64,000 nucleotides of DNA, taken from assembly GCF_009914755.1 (NCBI RefSeq), contig NC_060931.1. The stretch is one strand, 5' to 3'. The translations under genes and the position numbers were made by a program. The notes under the pieces are model-generated. The model searched no databases. It saw only the letters and a program-made list of their open reading frames with translations, and was not told the DNA's origin. The DNA comes from the human T2T-CHM13v2.0 reference genome, Homo sapiens. Below, piece after piece: positions 44,901 through 57,771 of this stretch (within the stretch, counting starts at the first letter, position 1; every line of letters begins with the position of its first letter).

Positions 44901-47900
44901 TCATACTTTATGAAGGCTATTCCAGTCAAAGTTAATTACATTACTGAGTTAATTGAGAAGATGTTAAAACTGCGCCTCTTCTTTTAGCCTGGTTTCCCAT
45001 TAATGGTAGAAACATTATGTCAGAGATTTCAGAGACCTTAGCCCTAGTATGCAGTATGTCAAAAACTCACTTTGTGACACTGTCAAATCTCTTAGCTTTT
45101 CTGGGTCTCACTTTCCTCACTCCTACTTTCCTATTATAGGATAACTGTGTAGATCCAAATAGGTTATAAGAATGATTTACTTATTAAAAATGTGGAAAAT
45201 GCATGACATAGGTTTTCAATCTCACCTTTTGTCATCTCCCTCAATGCCCTGCTAACTGGAGCACCTCCTCCTTTTAGCTTCTTTTCCTTTCTCTCAGCCT
45301 CCTTGGCTAAATTCTATCCCTGTTTAGAATCGCACATAGACTCTGTAATTTCCAGGATGTTTTTTCCAAACCCTTGAAGCTGGACTGAGCACCTTACCTA
45401 TTAGATTTCATAGAATCCTCTCCTTTTCCCAAAACAAAAACAACAGCAGCAGCAGCAACAATAAAACAAAAACCCTTAGCAATTATTTTGCTGTCTTAGA
45501 ACTTATTTGTCTTCTTTCTTAGAGAGTGAATTACTTCAACTTATTTTAACTATCTCTTTATCACTAAGGATGATATCTGTATGTTGGCAGACAGACCTGA
45601 AAGGGAAGTGTTCTATTTGGAAGAGTTTTCTTGGAATTACAGTGCTTTGGTTATGAATCACCCATTGTTTCATGGACCACTATATATATAACACAACACA
45701 TTAATTTTCATGAAGAAAATTTCTTTTTTAAAAAAATCCCATGATGCACACATCATTATTCTGAATTAACTATGCCTCTGAAAAGGAAATTGATTTCCCC
45801 AAGGTAATGTGAGTAGGAACTGTGTTTTGATAGGGTCCTATTCTCCTAATTTCTAATGCAAACTTCAGTGCTCTGAGTGCTGCACTCTCCCACAAAAATA
45901 AGTTATATGAATACATGTATAACTAATGGATAATCAAAGTATGGGTAATTGAGGTTGTTTATGTGTGTATGTGGATGAAATTCTATGCCCAGTTTTATTT
46001 TAAAGATCAAGTCTATTAAAATCTTCTAGAATGAAGCTATTAAAATAAGGTCATCATTTTGCAAGTACAGTTCTGGCCATGGCATTTCGGTTAAAGTATG
46101 CTTTGTCATTAGCCTTTTTACAAAGCCACCACATCCTGGTGGATGCTGAGACAAAGTTGTGGTCTTCTCAGGGCTGAGTAGGCAGTACATGCCACAGAGG
46201 AAAAGGAGGCTGTTTTGTCATGTCAGCCTTGACACACTCCTGGGCTCCTGAGAGGCAGAATTTCAGCCACTGGTGATGAAGGCAGGGAGAAGTCTTAAGA
46301 GACGAGAGATCTCCCAGAATAGGCTGAGGGCTAGTTTATAGGGCTAGAAGGAAAGTATTCATATCTTGCTCATTGATGCTTGGAGCCCAGCAGAGAAACT
46401 TCACGAGCTGTCATAGAGGAAGAGGAAAGAGTTGATGAGGCCTCCTCCCCTCTTTCCCCTCCTCTTTAATCTCAGAACTTCCAATTCATCTTTTCTCATA
46501 TTGGGGTTCCTCTGTGTTTGAAATGAAATATAATTTGAAATGCACAAGATCTTTTACATCATTTTAAACTCTAATAATGCAGCTTATCAAAATGAAGGAT
46601 ATTGTTGAAATGCATGTCTCAAGAAAAACATTATTTTTAGGTAGTGCTTTAGCATTATGTCATATATAAGAATGCATGGCAAATGTAACAGTGGAATTTA
46701 ATTCAAAAAATGAGGTCAGTAGTGTGCCTACTCATCTTCCTAATGTGAAATCGTCTCATCTCTCAACTAAAATACTTTATAGATAGTGAAATTCTATGGA
46801 TGATAAGACTGACTGTTAGTTCTTACTCACAATTTGGACTTCTTCTTTATGGGTTCAGGAGTATGTATGTGTATGTTTTGCTCCCTCTGAATTTTCCAAT
46901 AGAATTTCCAGTGAATTGAATCTCTCCATCCTGAATATCAAGTTCTGCTGTCCTCATTTCCAGTGATGGTTTGCAATGCAAATCATTGGGTTGGTAACAC
47001 ACAGTGTCATAACCATGGTAGCCAAATGAAGACAAGTTTGCTTTACTTCCTCAGTGAAGTGCATTCCAGTCCTGCATTCAGACCTGCCAACAGGTCAAAG
47101 AGCATTAAAGGAACAGCAAGAGGTTTCACAGAAATAAAACCACAACGGAAACCATTGTATTCATTCTCCACACACTCTTCCTTTCAATCCAGAAGTTGTT
47201 ACTAGTAACTCCTGCCATTCCTAATGACATTTTTACCACTTTCTTTCTTGTAGAGAAGTGGGTAGAGAGAATCACTTTGTGTCTTTACCCTCAACTTGAC
47301 CATGGCTTTAGGCAAACAGACTGTCTTGGCTTTCTATGACCAACTTTTAAATAGGAGCAGACAGAAACTTGGGTCATAGTTCTGCAGTCACAAGGGCTTT
47401 GTAGTCAGTCTTAGCTGCTGGAACATTCAAGGAGACAAAAAGGCACAGAAGATCTCCACACATACTTTGATGCCAACTACAGCAAGTTGCAAGACCATTT
47501 CTCTGCTGAAACTCCTTTATTCTGGTACAGTAACTCTTATAATTTGTTTTTTTTCTTTTAATCCAGCCTGTTGGGGAGGGGTATTAGCTGTCTGCTCTCA
47601 TTTTCTCTCAGTTGGAATGAAAGGGCAGCGATGGCGTGTTCTGAAACTTCTTTACCTGCAGCTGTGTGACTGGGTGATTCCTAGGAAGAAAAACTATTAG
47701 CAAGAAGATGAAGTGATCTAATTGTCATGGATTTGGGCCTAGATGATTTCATTTACCCCCAGGACTACCTAGGTGGCTGCCATTAACATGGAAAGGTCTA
47801 AAACACAGGGGATGAAAATGCTTTGGGCTCAAAATTGCTCGGTTATATAGCCTCTATGTTCTGAATACTAGTTCAAGCAATGTTTCTGAGGAGTGATGCA

Positions 47901-48109
47901 GAAATTATATTTTCCCTTCTTTTTATTGCTATTCTTTGTACTTAGGACTTTTTTTGTCTTTCTTGCTTACCTGAAGGAGGCTTAATTCATTAAGAAAAAG
48001 CTAAAGAAATGAACTTTCTCATTTTTAATTAATCAGTGAATTCACTAAATATAAAGACTGAACGTGATGTACTGGAGCCATGTAGGAATGGAGAAAGCTG
48101 ACTCAGGGA

Positions 48110-48297
48110 TAGAGTTGCCAGATAAAATTTAGGATGCCCAGTGACATTTGAGTTTTAGATCAATAGCGTATCTGGGGGGTATAAGTATATCCCAAATAAC
48201 GGGGCACAGTTATAAATAAATAGGTCACAGTTATGCCCATAAATGTATTTTTTGATCTGAAATTCACATGTAACTGCCTTTTATTTCTATTTGCTAA
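48110..48297. mobile_element. MER53-like palindromic hAT element, degenerate
   Basis: GTTGCCAGATAAAATTTAGGATGCCCAGT...ATCTGAAATTCACATGTAACTG. Confidence 0.7.
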
Positions 48298-49123
48298 GAC
48301 AATTCAATTCAAAGATGAAAATTGAAGATTATGAGAAAAATCATCCATTTCTCACTGTAAACTTTCACTGTAATTTTCCATTGAAAACTTGCCTAATTAT
48401 CATTGTCTTATTATACAGTATTGGGAAGTGACTTAATACTTGGGTTCAAACCTTAAAAAAAGGAAGCAATAGTCCAAATAATTATAACAAGTCCAGAGTT
48501 CATTGTTTGTTTCATAATGTTAACACATGAGTTAATCAGTTTCCCAACTAGGTATTGAAACTGATCATGATTACGATAATATATAGGATCTATATCTTCT
48601 GGTTCAGACACCAGAGTACTGCCTGATTAGCCTTGCTCAGAACTTCTCTACAAGTACTGTTCAAGTGGCCATCCAATGTTCTGGGAGATATTGATACTTT
48701 GTCTTTTGGGGCTGCCTCTGGAGTAGGTCTGGGAAAACTCCAGGGCTGGTCATCTCCCAGAGCAGGCTCCTCCAGGACTTTAGAGGGAGCCCAAATGGAG
48801 CTGGGTGCAGAGCTGCTCTGTGCATCAAAAAGCTGGAAAGCACTGACCAGAATATCAGAGCATAGTTTAGGCATGTTGGAAATCCTGCAGAGTTTGCATA
48901 GTTACAAGATGATCTCCATATACTACAAAGATAAATAAAGCAAGTTGATAAATTTTAGGAAGAAGGAAATAATATAGAGAAAATAAAGATTCTCCTTGGT
49001 AGCACTTGGAATTATCCCACAGAGTACAAAATAAAATATTTTTAAGAGTACCTAATTTTCTGATTATAAGAATAATTCATGAACATGATAGAAGATTAAG
49101 AAATTAAGGAGCATATGAGGAAG

Positions 49124-49741
49124 TGTTATGATTTTCGTTGTTATCGTTTCTTTCTAATTTGGTTTTGAGGTCTCTCTCTTGAGTGGCCATAAGCCAAGAT
49201 AGCCACTTTTCAGGAGATCGTTCACTGGGGGAGCATTAGGTTTGGCTGTGTCAGTCAGGTGAGACACAATGAAGCTGCGAAAATAAAATGCGTGAAACCA
49301 AAGAAATGTATTACTCACAAGTCCCAGACTGGCTAGGGGTGCTGACAGGAGGCCTACAGGAAGCCCGCAGGGAATTCAACTAGTAGAAGGGAGCAAGAAA
49401 GAGAGGGAGTCTGTGGGACTTTATTAAGATCCATGGGTGTTTTTCTTTAGGCTTTCCCACAGGGGTTGTGGATTGGATAGTTTAAAGAAAACACACACAC
49501 AAGGGAAAGCTTATTTACATGACTCTGATGTTGATCATTAGGTTTTATCTTAGCAGCTGTGGGGTGTGTTAGGTTTTTGGGTCAGGGAGATGAGGAACAA
49601 GTGGGCTATATTACAATCACATAAGGAGGAGAAGTTTTAACTGAAGCTGAAGGTAATAGCGTACAACTGCATTTTAAACAACTTACGTCAGGCCTAAAAA
49701 TGGATGTCAGGGCAGTAACTATATTAAACAAATTTATGACA
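49124..49741 (-). mobile_element. ERVL-type solo LTR (MER73/MER74-like), 618 bp
   Basis: TG...CA termini with perfect 5-bp TSD GGAAG (49119-49123, 49742-49746); family and strand less certain. Confidence 0.7.
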
Positions 49742-51581
49742 GGAAGAACATAATCATCCTGATCCACCAAGAGAGTTTCCCTATTGGCAATCTGAACTAA
49801 TTCCTTTCCATTTTGAGATAATATATATACAATTTTATAACATGTTTATTTTATTTTGTTGCATGTATGTTTATTGTATCATAAACATTTTCTAATGACA
49901 TTAAAGTTTATAGTAACAGTTTTAATATTGGATATTTGAATATTTAAAACTGAATAATTCCACATTGTTTATTAGAAAAAGTGTTCTTTTCTGTTTGTTA
50001 TGTTGCCCATTAATGACAGTTTTATTTCTTCCTTTCTAATTTTATTTCTTTTCTTGTTTTATTGAGCTAACTAGGACATTCTGAAAAAGGTTGAATAGAA
50101 ATGATGAGAGCAGACATCCTTGTGTCATTTGCAATTTGAGGAGGAAGTGCTCAGTCTTTCATTGTTAGGTATGACATTAGCTGTAGGATTTTTCCAGATA
50201 TACCTGTGGTTTGAAGAAGTATTTCTATTTCTAGTTTGTTAAGAGTTTTTGATCATGAATGGGTGTGAATGTTGTCAAATTCCTTTTCTGCATCTGCTAA
50301 GTGGTCACATGGTTTTTCTCCTTTATTCTGTTTTTATGATGAATTTTGTTCATTGATTTGTTGAAGTGTTTAATGCTTTATGAGAAATGCGCTTGCAAGG
50401 TAGAAAGGGTGAGGGAAAAGAAAACAGAAGAATGCAAAGCAGATACCAGATGATGTTTTAGCAAGCTGGCCAAGCAAGTTGGCCACTTCACAGAAATGTA
50501 CTAGTTGTTCAGCCATTCACAACATCTCTGGGCTGATATTTTAATAATAAACCAATTTCACATTCCTTTAACAAACCCTGCTTGGGTTATCCATTTTACA
50601 TATGGCTGGATTTATTTGCTAATATTTTGTTAAAGCTTTTTGTATCTATGTTTATTAAGAATACTGGTCTATAATTTGTTTTCTTGAAATGCCTTTATCA
50701 GGTTTGGGTATCAGTGTTATACAAGGAATTGAAAATATTTTTTTTCTTTTTTTATGTTCAGAAAAAAATTGTGTCACATTGGTGTTATTTCTTCTCTAAA
50801 TGGTTGGTAAAATTCTTCAGTAAAGACATCTGTACCCAGGGTTTCCCCGTGAGAAGGATTTTAATTACAAATTCAATTTCTTCAATGCATATGAAGCTCT
50901 TAAAAAATCTTTTTTTCCCTCAGTTTCTTAGTTTTAGTCAGTTGAGTTTTCCAAAAAAAATTGTCAGTTTATCTCTTTGTCAAATGTATTGTCATGAAGT
51001 TTCTTGATAACATATGTTTACATTGTTAACACCCACAGAATCTGCTGTGGTATCTTCCTGCTCTTTTTATCAATTGATAAAAAATCAATTTTTATCAATT
51101 GTTTGAAACTTTTAAAGAAACAACAGTTGACTTTTAAAATTATCTTTGTTATCTGTTTTGTATTTTATTGATCTTTACACTTTTTAAATTATTTCCTTTT
51201 TCCACTTACTTTGAATTTAATTTTTCTTCTTTCCCTGTCTTCCTAAAGTAGATTCATGAGTCATTTATTTTCTAAATTTCTTATGTTCCAATATATGCAT
51301 TTTAAACTGCACTTTCCTCTAATTACTTCCTCTGCATCCTACACATTTTGATATGTTATATTTCCTTTATCTTTTAGTTCAAATATTTTATGATTTTTAT
51401 TGTGATTTCTTCTTTGACCCATTGGTCATTTAAAGCATTATGGTTTAATTTCCAAATATTTGAGCATTTTTTAGGTACATTAAGTGTTCCTAATTTAATG
51501 TATCTGAATACATGATCTGTATAATTTTCATCTTTTTAAATTTATTAATATGTGTCTTATGGCCCAGTAGATGGTCTAGGT

Positions 51582-51930
51582 CAGGGGTCCCCAACCCCAG
51601 GCTGTGGACTAGTATTAGTCCCTGGCCTGCTACAAACCAGGCGACCCAGCAGAAGGTGAGTGGCAGGTGAGCAAGCATTATTGCCTGGGCTCTGCCTCCT
51701 GTCAGATCAGCCATGGTATTAGATCCTCACAGAAGTGTGAACCCTATTGCAAACTGCACATGCGAGGGATCTAGGTTGTGTGCTCCCTGTGAAACTCTAA
51801 TGCCTGATAATCTGAGGTGGAACAATTTCATTCTTAAACCATTCCCTGCCACCTCCACAACCCTCCTTCCAGTGGAAAAACTGTTTTCCACCAAACCAGT
51901 CCCTGGTGCCAAAAAGGTTGAGGACTGCTG
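51582..51930 (+). mobile_element. MER1B hAT-Charlie element
   Basis: TIRs CAGGGGTCCCCAACC/GGTTGAGGACTGCTG; perfect 8-bp TSD GTCTAGGT. Confidence 0.92.
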
Positions 51931-52672
51931 GTCTAGGTGAATGTCCCATGTGCATTTGGGAAGAATTTGTATTTTGCTGGGTGGAGTGTTTGGTTAAAAT
52001 GCCCATTAGGACAAATCTTTCATATTCTTTCTGAATATCTATCTACTTTTCATGTTTATCAGGAGAGATGTTAAATCTCCAGCTCTGAATTAGATTTGTC
52101 TATTTCTTTAGTCTTGCCAGTATTTGCTTCATGTCATTGGGAGCTGTTTTATTGTATTTTCATTTAAGATTGAGTCTTCTTGATTTGACCTTTTGTTATG
52201 ATAACATTGCTTTTTTTACTCTGCTAATAGTTTTTGTCTTGAAACCTACTTTATCTTGTATTATTGTAGCTATATCAGCTTTCTCATGCTTGGTGTTTGG
52301 ATGTTAAATGTTTTTCTGTCCTTTTACTTTCAACGTCTCTCTGTGTCTGTCTATTTACAGTTCATTGCTATAAGCAACATATAATTTGATTTTTTTTCTA
52401 TCCAGTTGACCATTTCTGTCTTGTAGTTAGGTGTTTTTTCCATGTACATTTAATGTAATTATTGATGTGTTTTGTTAAAATACTACCCTATTGATATTTG
52501 TTTTCTATTTGTCCATCTATTGTTTATTTGTGTTCCTCCTTTTCTGTTTTATTAGGGAGAGGTAGTTGAATTACATAATTTTAAATTACATTTTATCTTC
52601 GCTTTTTAAGATTTTTATTATGATTCTTTTAAATTTATTTTTATCTTATTTTTTAGTGTTTTCCTAGAATTA

Positions 52673-52878
52673 CAGGGTCTAATAAAGTTTTCTACAATGA
52701 TGGAAACATTCCAGTCTGCACTGTGCGATAGAGTAGCTCACTAGCCATATGTGCCTTAAGAGCACTTGAAATATGGCTAATGCAACCAAGGAACTGAATA
52801 TTTAATTTTATTTAATATGAGTTAATTTAAATGTAAATAGCCATATATGGGTAGTGGTTACCTTGTCACCAGCACAGT
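52673..52878. mobile_element. MER3-like hAT-Charlie element
   Basis: TTCTACAATGATGGAAACATTC...GAGCACTTGAAATATGGCTAATGCAACCAAGGAACTGAAT. Confidence 0.75.
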
Positions 52879-54787
52879 TCTAGAGACTATAATATTTGCC
52901 TAACTTATCAGAATCTATCATTAAAGTATATTGTACTATTTCACAATGTAAAAACTTTCTAATGGTATACTTCGAAATATCACTGTCTTAACTTTTGTGC
53001 TCTTGTTTTCATATATTTTGATTCTACGGATATATAAATCTCATAGTACCTTGCAAATATTAACCAATCCTTAGTCTTTGAGAGAAATATATATGTATTT
53101 TTATCTATCAATTAGATTACATGCAGATAGACTCAGTAGATATGTAATTAATAATTATATATGTATGTATACATATAGATGTATATATATTTGTATATAT
53201 GTGTGTGTGGGTATATTCCTAAACATAACAGAAATAACTTTGAAGGTTTTTTAAATCAAATTTTTACTTCCTGTTAAGTCAGTTTTCTAACTCATATAAT
53301 TTGTCTTCAACCCAAAGGTCTTTTAAAAGCACTTTCTTTTGTAATACGGTCTGCTGAAGATGGATTCTTTTAGCATTTTTTTAACATCTGAAATGCTTTG
53401 TTTATACTTTATTTTTGAAGAATATTTTAACTGGCTATAAAGCTATAGATTCACATTGATTTTCAGTTGTTTGTTTTGATTTTAGAAGGGTAAATGTGTT
53501 TGTCTTTCAATTATCTCTGGCCTTTTTTTGCTCCTGATAAGAGATCAAGGATCATTCTTATTTGTTGTTCCTCTCTGTGTAGTGTGTCTTTGTCTTCTAG
53601 ATACTTTTAAGATTTTTCTGTTTATCTTCCATTTTCAGAAGTTTGACTATGGTGTGACTCAGTGTAGTGTTCTTGCTTGGGATTTACTGAGCATCCTGGA
53701 TCTGTAGTTTAATATATTTCTTCAGTTTAGGAAAATATCAGGCTATTATGATTTGAAATATTTATTCACTATTCTGTCTCTATTCTCCTTCTGGGGCTTC
53801 AAAAATACGGACGATCACTTGGTATTTTCCTATAGATCTTGGATGTTAGGTTCCATTTTGAAAATTTTTTTTCTTTATAGTTCTGTTTTGATGATATCTA
53901 CTGACTTATCTTCAAGCTCAGTTATTTTATCCTCTGCTGTGTCCAGTCTGCTGCTATACTCATCACAATAATTCTTCATTTCTAGTACCACATTATTTTT
54001 CATGTCTTGCATTCTTTTTGTGTTTTTTCCAACATTTTTCAATTTCCTGTTGGAAGTCTCCTCTATTCACATATTTTCCATGTTTTCAGCTAGATTCATT
54101 AGCTTATTTATTATACTTATTTTAAAGTCCCTGTCTGATAATTTCACCACCTGGTCTATCTCTGGGTCTGGTTGTATTTACCATTTCCTGTCTTAATGAT
54201 GGGTCTCATTTTCATCTCTCTTTCTGTTTCCTATAATTTCTTATTAAATGCTAAATGTTATATATAAACCAAAAAAGATAAAAAACTGAAGTAAATATTT
54301 TTATGATCTTCAACAGGAACATCCTTTTTTTCTATCAAGCCACTTGTATAGAGCACTGAATCAATCTAGTCTGTAGTCTTGCTGGGTCTTGGATTTGCTG
54401 TCACTTTAGTTAGTTTTAGTTCATCACTGGGTTGAACTAACAGAAAGATAGAATCAGAACCTTCCCTTTATCAGGGGCTGGGATTTTTGAGTTTATATAA
54501 GGCTTGTCTCAGTTCTGCCTTCAGTCTTAAGCAGGCCTCATTCACCTGCACCTTACAAGTCATTTCTCTTAGCTCTTCTCCTCCTCACTTAGCCATAAGT
54601 AGCTGCTGCCTCTTATTCAGAGTAAGTCTTGGAAAGCTTAGAGGAGTTTCTTTTAGTTATTCTGCTCCATTATGAGACTTTCAGCAGATTTTGCATGCCT
54701 GAGCTTAAGTGAAAATTTCACTTAGCTATCCTGCTCCCCTCTAGCCATAGCCTGCTGTTGCTTCCTATTTATTGTATGCCTAGAAGG

Positions 54788-54795
54788 TGTGTGTG

Positions 54796-54841
<46 letters not shown>
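54788..54841. repeat. (TG)n microsatellite with one interruption
   Basis: Direct read. Confidence 0.95.
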
Positions 54842-54843
<2 letters not shown>

Positions 54844-56878
54844 CCCCTTCCAAAGACACTGCCTGTTGAAGAGGAACTGGTCTCTTTACTGTCCTACTTT
54901 GCTCCCAATCTTCCTGGTGAATACTCACATAAAGGTCATAGAAGAGAGATTGTGAGTGGCCCACAGTTTCACCTGAGACCCATAGGGGTTCTAAAGTATT
55001 AGACACCCCACAATTGGTGTTTAAAAATCTGTTGAAAATTATATCATTTTATCTTACCCATGGAGTTTTTCTCCTCCTTTTACTGCTTCACAAATATGAA
55101 AACAGACATGGGTCTTTTCTCTGCTACAAGAGACTTGCCATTTTCTAGGTATTAATTTGTTAGTTTTTTCCCCCCAATTTTAACAAAAATCTATGATTTT
55201 TTTAAAAGTTAGCTGGATTTTCTGTTGTTAGGTTGGAAGTAACATTCTTTTGTGACTTCCCACATTCTAAATAAAATTATACATTTGACATTTTATTTTA
55301 TGACACATTATATTTAGAGACTGTTACCTGCTTTTTATGCTATATTTTAATGTTTTTCACTGTTCTTATTCCATTGATTTTTAAAATAAAAATGACATTA
55401 TTTATTTCTTCATAATAAAAATAATTCATGGCTGTTAAAAAACATTCAGACAAATCTGAATTCACAAAATAAGAATGCAAGTCACCTGACCTACCATTCA
55501 GAAATAACCATATTTAGCATTTTGGATTAGTATCTTCCTAATATAAATATTGATTGATTTCTTCTCCCCCCCAAATAAGATCATAGTATACATATTTTTC
55601 TGTGACATTTTTTCTGTAACAAAATATTCCAGACATCTGGGACAAATCAAGAACCATACATTGTCACTATTATTTTCAATGGATGCACAGTATTCCATCA
55701 GGTAAAAATCTATAACTTATGTAATAGCAATTCATTATTGATGGCCATGTAGGTCTTTTTCTAAACTTTTGCTCTAACAGCGAAGACTGGACTGATCTTC
55801 AGAAATATTTATGACTATTTCCTTTGAAAAAATATTTGAAGTAAAATTATTGGACATAAGGCTATACAATAAAAAGGACTCTCATGTACTCTTCCCATTC
55901 TTTAATTGTACATTTTACTTCCCCTGCTTTATTATTGTCTGTCTCTACACACACACACGTGCGCATGCACACACACACACACTATGTATGTAGTGTCTTT
56001 CGAGAGTAAATTGCAGATATAATGCTCTTTTTCCCCTAAATACTTCAGTGTTTATTTTCTCAAACCACAGGCCAGTTTTTTACATAATGATAGTATAATT
56101 ATCAAAATAATAAAATGTGCATTGACACAATACTATTATCTGATCTACAGACCATATTCATAATTGGCCTTTGTCCCAATAAAGTCCTTAAAGCAAACAT
56201 AAAATTATGGCCCAGGGTCTAATCTAGTTGTCATATCATTTCAGGGTTTTAAAATTCTTCAATCTTTCTTTGTCTTTCATGACATTAACAAATTTAAAAT
56301 ACAACAGGCTAGTTATTTTATAAAATGTCCCTCAATTTGGATTTATTAGATATTTTTCATAATTACATTTCATTTATTAAAACATGGAAATAGCACAGAA
56401 ATAACCACTGTCTTTCTGAGTGTGTCATATCAGGAGGAATATGATGTTGTTATATCCCATTACCTGAGATGTGAATATTGATCACTTGGTTAAGGAAGCA
56501 TCGGCTAAATTTCTCCACTGCAAAGTTATTGTTTTTCCTTTTGTATTTCTTGAAGAAACATTTTGAGGCTATCTTGATATCCTATTCCTCATTGGACTTT
56601 CACCCCGTAAGTTTTGCACCCAATTACGGTGGTTCCTGAAATTATTTACTACTATGATGCAGTTAAGTTGATAATTCTGTAACTCCGTCATTCTTTTTAC
56701 CATTATTTGTGTCATGACAGCTCATTTCTTTGTCACATTGAGTAATATCCCATTATTTGGATGTACCAGTTTATGTATCCATTCACCTACTGAAGGACAT
56801 CTTGGTTGCTTCCAAGTTTTGACAGTTATTAACAAAACTGCTATAAACATCAATGTGCAATTGTATGTGTGAACATAA

Positions 56879-57265
<387 letters not shown>

Positions 57266-57302
57266 TAAGAAACCACCAAACTGTCTTCCAAAGTGCCTGT
57301 AC

Positions 57303-57771
57303 TGTAAGAGTTAAAGAAAGTGGAGAGAAGCATGAAAAACAGTTCAACAGTCAAAGACAGGTTTGTTTTTTTTGGAGATAAACCTGAGAGGGGCTTCTGG
57401 CTGATTTTGGTCAGGTGCACTTTCTCTTACAGACTAAGGTTATTTAAGGGTTCAGGATGAGACAGCTTAATCACAGGCTCAGAATGTTTCTGTGTGGGGG
57501 AGAAGTTTATTGAAGCACTGGAATGTCTCTGGTTGAAGGGGAGGTTATCTTGGGGCTGATATCTCTCTGGCTGGTGGGCAAGTTATCTCGGGGTGGCATG
57601 TATCTGATCGGGGAGGGGTTTGGAATGTTTCTGGTCGGAGATGTTATTTATGGTTTATGGTCATGCTGACCTTAGCCATTAGGCTGATGCCCTTTGGATT
57701 TAGGCAGTTTTTTATCGAGGTGAACTTAAAATGGCAGTGCTTGTTCAAATGGTGATGCTCCTGCTCTGTCA
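57303..57771 (-). mobile_element. MER61-like ERV1 3' LTR
   Basis: Minus strand starts TGACAGAGCAGGAGCATCACCATTTGAACAAGCACTGCCATTTTAAGTTC and ends ...TTAACTCTTACA. Confidence 0.8.

Larger units (their letters stand above)
49990..55270 (-). mobile_element. Ancient L1M, long degenerate copy with nested elements
   Basis: T-rich ORF2 remnants (GTTGAATAGAAATGATGAGAGCAGACATCCTTG etc.) and ORF1/5' region remnants. Confidence 0.7.

Noticed and set aside
43715-47975. Scattered minus-strand consensus donors (CTTACC at ~43716, ~44521, ~47965)
   Set aside because: No matching strong acceptors or coherent frame; expected by chance
48110-48297. MER53 palindrome as a miR-1302-type precursor
   Set aside because: Arms are too degenerate in this copy to support a clean hairpin by eye
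57570-57605. p53 response element in the MER61 LTR
   Set aside because: Only separated, imperfect half-sites (GGGCAAGTTA, TGGCATGTAT); no full tandem element
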